From an uncultured Clostridia bacterium (GTDB taxonomy: Bacteria > Bacillota > Clostridia > Lachnospirales > Anaerotignaceae), in NCBI GenBank assembly GCA_944377425.1, contig CALWEX010000049.1, positions 294 through 64,293 on the forward strand: a stretch of 64,000 nt of DNA, in the 5' to 3' direction. Position numbers and translations under genes: made by a program. The notes beneath the pieces are model-generated. The model made no database searches and was not told the origin of the DNA. It saw only the letters and a program-made list of their open reading frames with translations. Positions 56,703 to 64,000 of this stretch are shown here, piece after piece (positions within the stretch are counted from its first letter, which is position 1; every line of letters starts with the position of its first letter).

Positions 56703-58106
56703 TTAAGCGTGAGGTATATTAGTATAATCGCTAATCTCACGGTTTATTGTGCATAAATCATTTACATTAAGGTCATGTATATCATAATGACCTGTTATTC
56801 TGGCAAAAGTCCTGAGCTCGTCAAATGTGGTGTTTAAAAAGTTAGCTACCCTTAAAGCAGCTTTATCCTCTTGAAATCTTGCTCTTAATTCTTTATCCTG
56901 TGTTGCCACACCTACAGGGCACATACCGCTGGAGCAAATTCTGTACTGCTGGCATGCGGCAGCTATTAAAGCAGATGATGCTATAGCAACAGCATCAGCA
57001 CCCATAGCTATTGCTTTTGCAAAATCAGACGAAACTCTTAACCCACCTGTAATAACAAGCTCAATATCACTTTTAACACTGTCTAAATATTTTCTTGCTC
57101 TATAAAGAGCGTATATTGTAGGCACACTTGTAGACTCCCTTAAAAACAGCGGGCTTGAGCCTGTAGCACCGCCTCTGCCGTCTATTGTTACAAAATCCGG
57201 CTGGGCATAGACACAGAATTCCAAATCTTTTTCTATTCTTCCGGCAGCTATTTTAATGCCTATAGGCCTTCCGTCGGATTCATTTCTTAAATAATCTACA
57301 AGCGCCTTTAAGTCCTCTTTTGTGTTTATACCTTCATATTTAGACGGGCTTAAAATATCATGTCCCAAAGGTTTTTGGCGTATAGAGGCAATCTCTGGCG
57401 TTACTTTTTCAGCTGGAAGATGTCCGCCCATACCCGGCTTTGTACCTTGGCCTATTTTTATTTCTATAGCGTCAGCTTTTTGAAGGTTCTCTTTTGTAAC
57501 GGAATATTTGTTAGGTATATACTCAAATATATACTTATGTGCTGCCTGCATTTCTTCCGGCAGTATTCCGCCTTCTCCAGAACACTGAGCAGTTTTAGCC
57601 ATAGCACTTCCCTTTGCAAGGGCTATTTTTGTTTCTTTAGAGAGGGCACCAAATGACATATGCGAAATATACACAGGCCCTGCAAGTATCATAGGCCTTT
57701 TAGCATTTTTGCCTATAACAGTTGTAATATTAACATTTTCGTGCTCAAAAAGGGGCATAGGGTTAAGCTGTGCACCAAGAATAAGTATATCATCCCAAGA
57801 AGGCATAGGCATTTTAGTACCCATAGCGGCACTTACTGTTTTTCCGCTTACAGCCATTTCGTGTATCTCTTTCATGTAGCGGCAGGATAAATCCACTCTT
57901 GCATAATCAGAAGGATACGCCAAATCCGACGTACTTTCAGCTTTTACATTCTCAGTAACACTATTTTCAGTGCTGGTTTGCTCAATGAGTACGAATTTTT
58001 CAGGCCCTGCTCCACACACAGGACATTTTTCTAATTCCGAAAACGATTTTCCTTCTTTTTCTTCATCGTAAATATAACCGCATACAGTACATTTGTAAAC
58101 TGCCAT
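56703..58106 (-). CDS. rubredoxin fused to a glutamate-synthase-domain-2-like FMN oxidoreductase
   Basis: N-terminal YKCTVCGYIYDEE...CPVCG rubredoxin, followed by a GltB FMN-domain-like region (GGEGG-like SGEGG, GGTGS-like GGATGS). Confidence 0.82.
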   Translation of the reverse strand: MAVYKCTVCGYIYDEEKEGKSFSELEKCPVCGAGPEKFVLIEQTSTENSVTENVKAESTSDLAYPSDYARVDLSCRYMKEIHEMAVSGKTVSAAMGTKMPMPSWDDILILGAQLNPMPLFEHENVNITTVIGKNAKRPMILAGPVYISHMSFGALSKETKIALAKGSAMAKTAQCSGEGGILPEEMQAAHKYIFEYIPNKYSVTKENLQKADAIEIKIGQGTKPGMGGHLPAEKVTPEIASIRQKPLGHDILSPSKYEGINTKEDLKALVDYLRNESDGRPIGIKIAAGRIEKDLEFCVYAQPDFVTIDGRGGATGSSPLFLRESTSVPTIYALYRARKYLDSVKSDIELVITGGLRVSSDFAKAIAMGADAVAIASSALIAAACQQYRICSSGMCPVGVATQDKELRARFQEDKAALRVANFLNTTFDELRTFARITGHYDIHDLNVNDLCTINREISDYTNIPHA

Positions 58107-58132
58107 AAAGTCCCTCCTTAGTATTAAAAATA

Positions 58133-59059
58133 TCAGTCAAAAAGCCTTGTACTAAAGTATCTTTCGCCTGTATCTGGCAGAAGTGTAACTACTCTTTTGC
58201 CTTTGCCAAGCTTTTTAGCCAGTTTAAGTGCTGCTACAACATTTGAGCCACTGGAAATACCGCATAAAAGACCTTCGTATTTTGCCAGCTTCTTGCTCAT
58301 TTCAACAGCCTCATCATCTGTTACAATGCATATTTCGTTATAAATTTTCTGGTTAAGATTTTGAGGTATAACTCCATCGCCTATACCCATTTGAATATGT
58401 GTACTTACTTTGTGGCCTGAAAGTATAGCGGCATTTTCCGGTTCAACTGCCCATATTTCAATATTCGGGTTAGCTTCTTTTAAAGCTTCTCCTATGCCGC
58501 TTAATGTACCGCCTGTTCCAACACCTGAGCAGAAACCATCTATAGGGCCGTTTACCTGCGCAAGTATTTCTGCCGCTGTATATTTTTTATGAGCCATATT
58601 ATTATCTGGATTTTCGAACTGCTGAGGAACATATACATTAGGGTTTTCAGCCTTAAGTTTTAAAGCTGTTTCAAGGCACATATCTATGCATTTACCTATA
58701 TCCCCGTCATCGTGAATAAGCACAACCTCGGCACCGTAGGCTGCAACTATTTTGCGTCTTTCCTCACTTACAGAATCCGGCATAACAATTTTAACTTTAT
58801 AGCCCTTAACAGCACCTACAAGGGCAATGCCTATGCCCTGATTTCCGCTTGTTGGCTCCACAATAATGGTATCTTTATTAATAAGGCCTTTTTTCTCGGC
58901 CTCTGCTATCATGTTAAAAGCTGTCCTTGTTTTAACAGAGCCGCCTATGTTTACGCCCTCGTATTTTACAAGTACTTCCGCCATATCATCTGTCACAAGC
59001 CTATTAAGTCTAATAACGGGAGTATTTCCCATAGCCTCAAGAACATTATTAAATATCAA
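58133..59059 (-). CDS. cysK: cysteine synthase A (O-acetylserine sulfhydrylase)
   Basis: PLP-lysine region GGSVKTRTA and GVGTGGTLSG loop; TTG start behind GGAGG. Confidence 0.93.
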   Translation of the reverse strand: MIFNNVLEAMGNTPVIRLNRLVTDDMAEVLVKYEGVNIGGSVKTRTAFNMIAEAEKKGLINKDTIIVEPTSGNQGIGIALVGAVKGYKVKIVMPDSVSEERRKIVAAYGAEVVLIHDDGDIGKCIDMCLETALKLKAENPNVYVPQQFENPDNNMAHKKYTAAEILAQVNGPIDGFCSGVGTGGTLSGIGEALKEANPNIEIWAVEPENAAILSGHKVSTHIQMGIGDGVIPQNLNQKIYNEICIVTDDEAVEMSKKLAKYEGLLCGISSGSNVVAALKLAKKLGKGKRVVTLLPDTGERYFSTRLFD

Positions 59060-59212
59060 AATAAACGCCTCCGAAAATTAGTTTGTATTTTAAAACACTA
59101 TTATATATTATAGAATATAAGCAAAATTTGTTCAACCATAATTAGAATTTGTTTAAATACTATGTTATTTTAAAGGAAAAAGCTTTGTACTTAACACCAA
59201 AACGGCACGAAA

Positions 59213-59250
59213 TATTTTTGTTTACACAAAAATTTCGTGCCGCTTTTAAT
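59213..59250 (-). terminator. terminator after the HAD/small-ORF unit
   Basis: GGCACGAAAT / ATTTCGTGCC stem; the minus strand then reads GUUUUGGUGUU. Confidence 0.7.
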
Positions 59251-59277
59251 TAAATTAACAAAACTATATATATGTTT

Positions 59278-59433
59278 TTAAAAGCTCATGTTATCAGCAA
59301 ATGTGCTTTCGTAAAGCTCATAAATGTCCTCCGGTTTTCTGCCTTTTATTTCTCTTTCGTAAAAGTCCTCATATCCTGCCGCTTCATAATACATTGTAAG
59401 GGCGTCTATCATGTTTTCAAGTGTCATTTCCAT
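59278..59433 (-). CDS. small acidic hypothetical protein (51 aa)
   Basis: MEMTLENMIDALTMYYEAAGYEDFYEREIKG..., GGAGG RBS 8 nt upstream, starting 16 nt after the HAD stop. Confidence 0.5.
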   Translation of the reverse strand: MEMTLENMIDALTMYYEAAGYEDFYEREIKGRKPEDIYELYESTFADNMSF

Positions 59434-59449
59434 GCCACAGACCTCCTTT

Positions 59450-60103
59450 TTAAAAAAGCTCTGACAATTCTTTTGGTGTATCAACTACCACTATAGCACC
59501 TGCATTTTCCAATTCTTCCCTTGAGCCATAACCGAATGTAACACCAATAGCCTCTATAGAAGCCCTTTTTGCGCCTTCTACATCGTAATGTCTGTCACCT
59601 ATCATAATAGCTGAGCTTTTATCAGTAACACCAAGGCCTTTAAGTGTATGCTCTATAACTTTCCATTTTACCATTCTGTCTTCTTCATAACTGCTTCCGC
59701 CTATAAAATCCATATATTTTGAAAGGCCAAACAGGTCCATAATCTGCTGTGCGTAATATTCCGGCTTATTAGTGCTTAACGCAAGGCGCTTTCCCTTTCT
59801 TTTAAGGTCTTCAAGCATAGGTATAATACCGTCTATTACTCTGTTTTCTTTCCAGCCTTTGTCGCTGTAATAATCGTGATAAAAATCTATTGCTTTATCA
59901 AGTGTTCTGCCCTCAAGGCCGAAGTGTGTTGTAAAAGAGTGAGTCATAGGCGGGCCTATAAACTCCAAAAGCTCCTCTTGAGTAGGTATTCTTATACCTA
60001 ATTTCTCACAGGCATAGCATACAGCATTTACTATACCATCTATTGAGTCGGTAAGTGTACCGTCTAAGTCAAAAAGCAAAACATCATAATCTAATTTATC
60101 CAT
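59450..60103 (-). CDS. HAD-superfamily phosphatase (phosphoglycolate phosphatase-like)
   Basis: DLDGTLTDS motif I and GDRHYD motif IV; ATG 60103 preferred over the tracked TTG at 60109. Confidence 0.88.
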   Translation of the reverse strand: MDKLDYDVLLFDLDGTLTDSIDGIVNAVCYACEKLGIRIPTQEELLEFIGPPMTHSFTTHFGLEGRTLDKAIDFYHDYYSDKGWKENRVIDGIIPMLEDLKRKGKRLALSTNKPEYYAQQIMDLFGLSKYMDFIGGSSYEEDRMVKWKVIEHTLKGLGVTDKSSAIMIGDRHYDVEGAKRASIEAIGVTFGYGSREELENAGAIVVVDTPKELSELF

Positions 60104-60416
60104 TGGCAAAAAATTCCTTTCTTTGGTATATACAAACTAAGCCTGTGCCAATAACAGCACAGGCTTATAATTATTTATTTGTCTAAATAACTCATTGCAG
60201 GAAATGTAATCATTTGTGCTGTACATGGTACTGCTGATTTCTATTATATGCATATTTACTAATTTTAAATCTGTTCAAAACACCTATTTCCCAATATATC
60301 TTTACCTTTATAAGATATATGCTTTAGAGTTACATAACAAAAAAGGTCCTAATATTTATTTGAAAAATATAAAAACTTTGTTTTTTTATTCTACACTGTT
60401 TTAAAATACAAGTCAA
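60104..60416 (-). promoter_or_regulatory. promoter plus ~280-nt structured leader with a terminator-like hairpin upstream of the HAD gene
   Basis: Minus strand TTGACT (60416-60411), 17 nt spacer, TAGAAT (60393-60388). Hairpin AAGCCUGUGC/GCACAGGCUU lies at 60140-60168. An upstream ACAGCACA (60222-60215) is complementary to UGUGCUGU of the hairpin's 5' arm and loop. Confidence 0.4.
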
Positions 60417-60505
60417 TACCTTTAATTTCACAGCATTTATCATAAAAACAAGACTTATGTCTGCTCCTGAATTTATAACTGCTATCTTTTACAAACCAAA
60501 TTATT

Positions 60506-60958
60506 TTATTTAATCCGTATATATTTTCGCAAATAAATCATATCTGTCAGCTTTACACCACCATCATAAATCGGGTGGTCATAATTATCAGTAAAGAAGT
60601 TCTTAATAATATGAGAACGGATAAAACCACACTTTTCATAAAACGGTATTGTTGATGGACTGTCACCTGTTCCAACCTGCAATATCGAATAATTTTCCTG
60701 ATATTTTTTTGTAATAAAATCAATCAATGCTTTACCATAGCCCTTACCGTGAAACTGTGGAGCTGTGGCAATGTTTTTTATTTCAAGCACTCCGCCGCCG
60801 ACATCTAACACAACACATTCTGCTTTAACTCCATTATCCTCTAAAATATACATTGTCCCATTTGTCAGATATCGGTCTATCATATTTTCCTGCTCATCTG
60901 CCAATAACAGCAAATTAAGATATTGCTTTTTCCCTTCCTTTACCTCTTTAATATTCAT
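60506..60958 (-). CDS. GNAT family N-acetyltransferase
   Basis: Acetyl-CoA motif QFHGKGYGKAL; start ATG 60958. Confidence 0.88.
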   Translation of the reverse strand: MNIKEVKEGKKQYLNLLLLADEQENMIDRYLTNGTMYILEDNGVKAECVVLDVGGGVLEIKNIATAPQFHGKGYGKALIDFITKKYQENYSILQVGTGDSPSTIPFYEKCGFIRSHIIKNFFTDNYDHPIYDGGVKLTDMIYLRKYIRIK

Positions 60959-60996
60959 AGTTCTCACCTTATACAATATTGTTTCTTTTTATTTGA

Positions 60997-61029
60997 AAAT
61001 GGGCAATCCCCATAAAGGACTGCCCATTT
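60997..61029 (-). terminator. hairpin after lysS
   Basis: AAATGGGCA / TGCCCATTT stem with a modest U-tract. Confidence 0.55.
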
Positions 61030-61096
61030 ATTCCGTTCATTATGCGATTTTTCAGGCTCAGTACACTTTTCTTGCTATGAAGTACATACTGTTTTA

Positions 61097-63052
61097 TTAA
61101 TAGAGTTTTGCGCCTGCTGGGATATGGCTGTCTACCATCAAAAGATGAAGTCTTTCTTCGCCTTCTTCACTGTGTACTGCTGAAATCAGCATACCGCAGG
61201 AATCAATACCCATCATTTTTCTTGGCGGAAGATTTGTAATAGCAATACAAGTCTTGCCAACCAGTTCTTCTGGCTCATAATACTCGTGAATACCGCTTAA
61301 AATCACTCTATCCTCAGCTGTGCCATCATCTAATACAAATTTTAAGAGCTTTTTGCTCTTTGGTACAGCTTCACATTCTTTTACCTTTACAGCTCTAAAA
61401 TCAGATTTGCTGAATGTTTCAAAATCTACAAAATCCTTGAATAAAGGCTCAATTTCTACTTTAGAAAAATCTATCTTCTCATCTGTTTTTTCTTCTGTTT
61501 TTGGTGTTTCTGCATGAGAGAGCGCACTGCTTTCTTTCTTTGCACCATCTAAAGGCCTCATTGTAGGGAACAGGATTACATCTCTTACAGATACCTGACC
61601 TGTAAGAAGCATTACCATTCTGTCTATACCTATACCTAAGCCGCCTGTAGGCGCCATACCATATTCAAGGGCTGTCATAAAGTCTTCATCAATAAGGTTT
61701 GCCTCATCGTCGCCCATTTCACGCATTTTAGCCTGATGGTCAAAACGTACTCTCTGGTCTATAGGGTCGTTAAGCTCGGAATAAGCATTGCCGTATTCCC
61801 TGCCTACAATAAAAAGCTCAAAACGCTCTGTATATTCTGGCTTATCAGGTTTACGCTTTGTAAGAGGTGAAACCTCTACAGGGTAATCCATTATAAATGT
61901 AGGCTCAACAATATTCTTTTCAACAAATTCCTCGAAGAAAAGATTTAATATATCACCTTTAGCGTGTCTTTCCTCAAACTCAACGCCTTTTTCTTTAGCT
62001 ATTTTTCTTGCTTCTTCAGTGTCTTTAATCTCATCAAAGTCAACACCAGAGAACTTCTTAACAGCGTCAACCATTGTCATGCGGTTGAATTTTTCGCCTA
62101 AATCAATGTCATATCCACCGTAAGTTAATTTTGTTGTGCCGTTTACTCTTTTAGCTACTTCACGGAATATTTCTTCTGTAATATCCATCATTCCATTATA
62201 GTCTGTGTATGCCTGATAAAGCTCCATAAGAGTAAATTCAGGGTTATGTCTAAGGTCAATACCTTCGTTTCTAAATACACGGCCTATTTCGTAAACTCTT
62301 TCAAAACCGCCAACTATAAGGCGTTTTAAAGGAAGCTCAAGAGCTATACGGCAGTACATGTCTATATCAAGGGCGTTATGGTGAGTAATAAAAGGTCTTG
62401 CTGCGGCGCCGCCTGGGATAGTCTGAAGTACAGGTGTTTCAACTTCAAGGAAGCCTTTTTCGTCTAATATATTTCTTATTTCTTTTATAATAGCGCTTCT
62501 TTTAAAGAATACATCTTTAACTTCAGGATTTACTATAAGGTCTACATATCTTTGGCGGTATCTAAGCTCTTGGTCTTTAAGGCCATGGAATTTTTCTGGC
62601 AATATCTGAAGGCTCTTTGAAAGGAGCACAACCTCATGAGCATGAACTGAAATCTCGCCCATTTTTGTTTTAAATACAAAGCCTTTAATGCCTATTATAT
62701 CGCCTATATCATACTTTTTAAAATCTGCATAGCTTTCTTCGCCTATGTCGTTTTTGCTTACATAAGACTGAATTTTGCCGTTTCTATCCTGAACATTGCA
62801 AAAGCTTGCCTTGCCCATAACACGCTTAGCCATAAGACGGCCTGCTATAACTACGTCTTTGCCTTCGTACTGTTCAAAATTTTCAAGTATGTCGCTGCTG
62901 TGTGTGTCAACGGGATATTTTACAATTTTAAATGGGTCTTTGCCCTCTGACTGAAGCTTTTCAAGCTTTTCCCTTCTTACCTTTAAAAGGGCGCTGAGTT
63001 CTTCTTGGCTTACCTGTGTACTTTCAGTATTCTCGTTAGTATTCTGCGCCAC
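61097..63052 (-). CDS. lysS: lysyl-tRNA synthetase (class II) with a C-terminal Trbp111/EMAPII-like tRNA-binding domain
   Basis: Motif 2 [20 protein letters not shown] and motif 3 [11 protein letters not shown]. The ~150 aa extension contains [43 protein letters not shown] start behind GGAGGAA. Confidence 0.95.
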   Translation of the reverse strand: MAQNTNENTESTQVSQEELSALLKVRREKLEKLQSEGKDPFKIVKYPVDTHSSDILENFEQYEGKDVVIAGRLMAKRVMGKASFCNVQDRNGKIQSYVSKNDIGEESYADFKKYDIGDIIGIKGFVFKTKMGEISVHAHEVVLLSKSLQILPEKFHGLKDQELRYRQRYVDLIVNPEVKDVFFKRSAIIKEIRNILDEKGFLEVETPVLQTIPGGAAARPFITHHNALDIDMYCRIALELPLKRLIVGGFERVYEIGRVFRNEGIDLRHNPEFTLMELYQAYTDYNGMMDITEEIFREVAKRVNGTTKLTYGGYDIDLGEKFNRMTMVDAVKKFSGVDFDEIKDTEEARKIAKEKGVEFEERHAKGDILNLFFEEFVEKNIVEPTFIMDYPVEVSPLTKRKPDKPEYTERFELFIVGREYGNAYSELNDPIDQRVRFDHQAKMREMGDDEANLIDEDFMTALEYGMAPTGGLGIGIDRMVMLLTGQVSVRDVILFPTMRPLDGAKKESSALSHAETPKTEEKTDEKIDFSKVEIEPLFKDFVDFETFSKSDFRAVKVKECEAVPKSKKLLKFVLDDGTAEDRVILSGIHEYYEPEELVGKTCIAITNLPPRKMMGIDSCGMLISAVHSEEGEERLHLLMVDSHIPAGAKLY

Positions 63053-63065
63053 TGTTTTTTCCTCC

Positions 63066-63542
63066 TTATTTATTTATATCAAGTACTTTAAATGAAATTT
63101 CGCCGTCCGGTGTTTCTATAACTACATTGTCGCCTGTTTTGTGGCCTAAAAGACCCATACCTACAGGTGATTCGTTTGATATTTTGTTTTCCATAGGGTC
63201 AGCTTCGGCTGAACCTACTATTGTATATTCTACTTCTTCCTCAAACTCGTTGTCGTATAATTTTACTCTGCTTCCAACGCTTATTATATCAGAGCTTACT
63301 TCCTCGTCATCAATAACCTCGGCGTTTCTAAGCATTTTTTCAAGAAGGGCTATTCTTGCTTCTATTTCGCCCTGCTCCTCTTTAGCCGCATCATACTCGG
63401 CATTTTCTGAAAGGTCGCCCTGACCTCTTGCTTCTTTTATTTTCTCGGCTACTTCTTTACGCCTAACGGTTTTTAATTCCTCAAGCTCTTCCTCTCTTTT
63501 CTTAAGGCCTTCATATGTTAAAACAACTTTCTTTTCCGCCAC
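63066..63542 (-). CDS. greA: transcription elongation factor GreA
   Basis: 158 aa with a coiled-coil N-terminus and FKBP-like C-terminus typical of GreA; GTG start behind AAGGAG. Confidence 0.93.
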   Translation of the reverse strand: MAEKKVVLTYEGLKKREEELEELKTVRRKEVAEKIKEARGQGDLSENAEYDAAKEEQGEIEARIALLEKMLRNAEVIDDEEVSSDIISVGSRVKLYDNEFEEEVEYTIVGSAEADPMENKISNESPVGMGLLGHKTGDNVVIETPDGEISFKVLDINK

Positions 63543-63609
63543 AAAAAACAGCTCCTTTTAATATAATAAACGAATTTAAAAAATCAAACAAATAAAATTG
63601 TGTACGCCT

Positions 63610-63650
63610 AAAACGGCTGCTCAGATATATTACATACCCACAGCCGTTTT
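63610..63650 (-). terminator. terminator after the upstream partial gene
   Basis: AAAACGGCTG / CAGCCGTTTT stem. Confidence 0.7.
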
Positions 63651-63721
63651 CATATCCACAAATTATACAATAGGCAGTCTGTGTTGTCAACTTTTTACTT
63701 GGTTTAAGCCTTTCTAATGCC

Positions 63722-64000
63722 TCAAAAAGGTCTTAAATTAAAAGAATTAACACATTCTGCCGCATTTTTTAATCTTTCAGTCGCAACGCCATTAAATATA
63801 ATGTCCCTAAAATATTTATTTATTACACATAACGCCGCCTCAGCACAGTTTGGCTTTAAGCTGGTGTTGTTATAGTCTATTTTAAAATCCCGCATTACAG
63901 CAACATCTTTTCTTAGGCGCATAAGTCTGTTTGTGTTGTTCCTATCATCTGCAATATCAATATAAACTGCGTTTTTGCTTAAAGAGCCAAAATACTCTCC
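63722..64000 (-). CDS. hypothetical protein, C-terminal part (gene continues beyond the window)
   Basis: The frame stays open from the window edge (GEYFGSLSKNAVYIDIADDRNNTNRLMRLRK...). No family recognised. Confidence 0.45.
   Translation of the reverse strand, partial: GEYFGSLSKNAVYIDIADDRNNTNRLMRLRKDVAVMRDFKIDYNNTSLKPNCAEAALCVINKYFRDIIFNGVATERLKNAAECVNSFNLRPF

Overview
This is a segment of a low-GC Firmicutes (Clostridia-like) chromosome, densely coding with about 60 protein genes, mostly housekeeping. The left third is the conserved clostridial relA-dtd-MBL hydrolase-hemZ-hisS...aspS block on the minus strand. Here ilvE sits between hisS and aspS, and a clear T-box leader precedes hisS. 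Next come an amber-interrupted TtcA-like PP-loop ATPase gene, a Xer-type recombinase, a Nudix hydrolase and an aminotransferase. These are followed by a four-carbon acid-sugar pair (DUF1537 kinase + PdxA2) beside a split UxaA/GarD-type dehydratase, then mecA, and a GltD/NuoF-like oxidoreductase translationally coupled to an [FeFe] hydrogenase. The remaining genes include an AbfD-like dehydratase overlapping an Nfu gene, pyk, dnaE, trkAH, trmB, rsmA, degV and efflux/permease genes. After those come split purine genes (AICARFT-only PurH plus PurO-type cyclohydrolase), an SOS-type Y-family polymerase cassette, pyrBI, ferritin, a rubredoxin-FMN oxidoreductase, cysK, lysS (with an extra C-terminal tRNA-binding domain) and greA. 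I saw no rRNA or tRNA genes, CRISPR arrays, IS elements, prophage or recognisable defence genes, and no convincing novel multi-gene system. The most unusual signals are non-coding. Two orphan promoter-to-terminator units carry C-rich, anti-Shine-Dalgarno-like motifs (candidate sRNAs near 26.3-26.4 kb and 37.7-37.8 kb). Phased TTAGAAA tandem repeats lie between a stop codon and the terminator at two unrelated loci (rsmA, pyrI). The T-box specifier position does not read a His codon. A long structured leader precedes a HAD-hydrolase operon. All functional calls come from motif and family recognition by eye; no database search or folding program was run.
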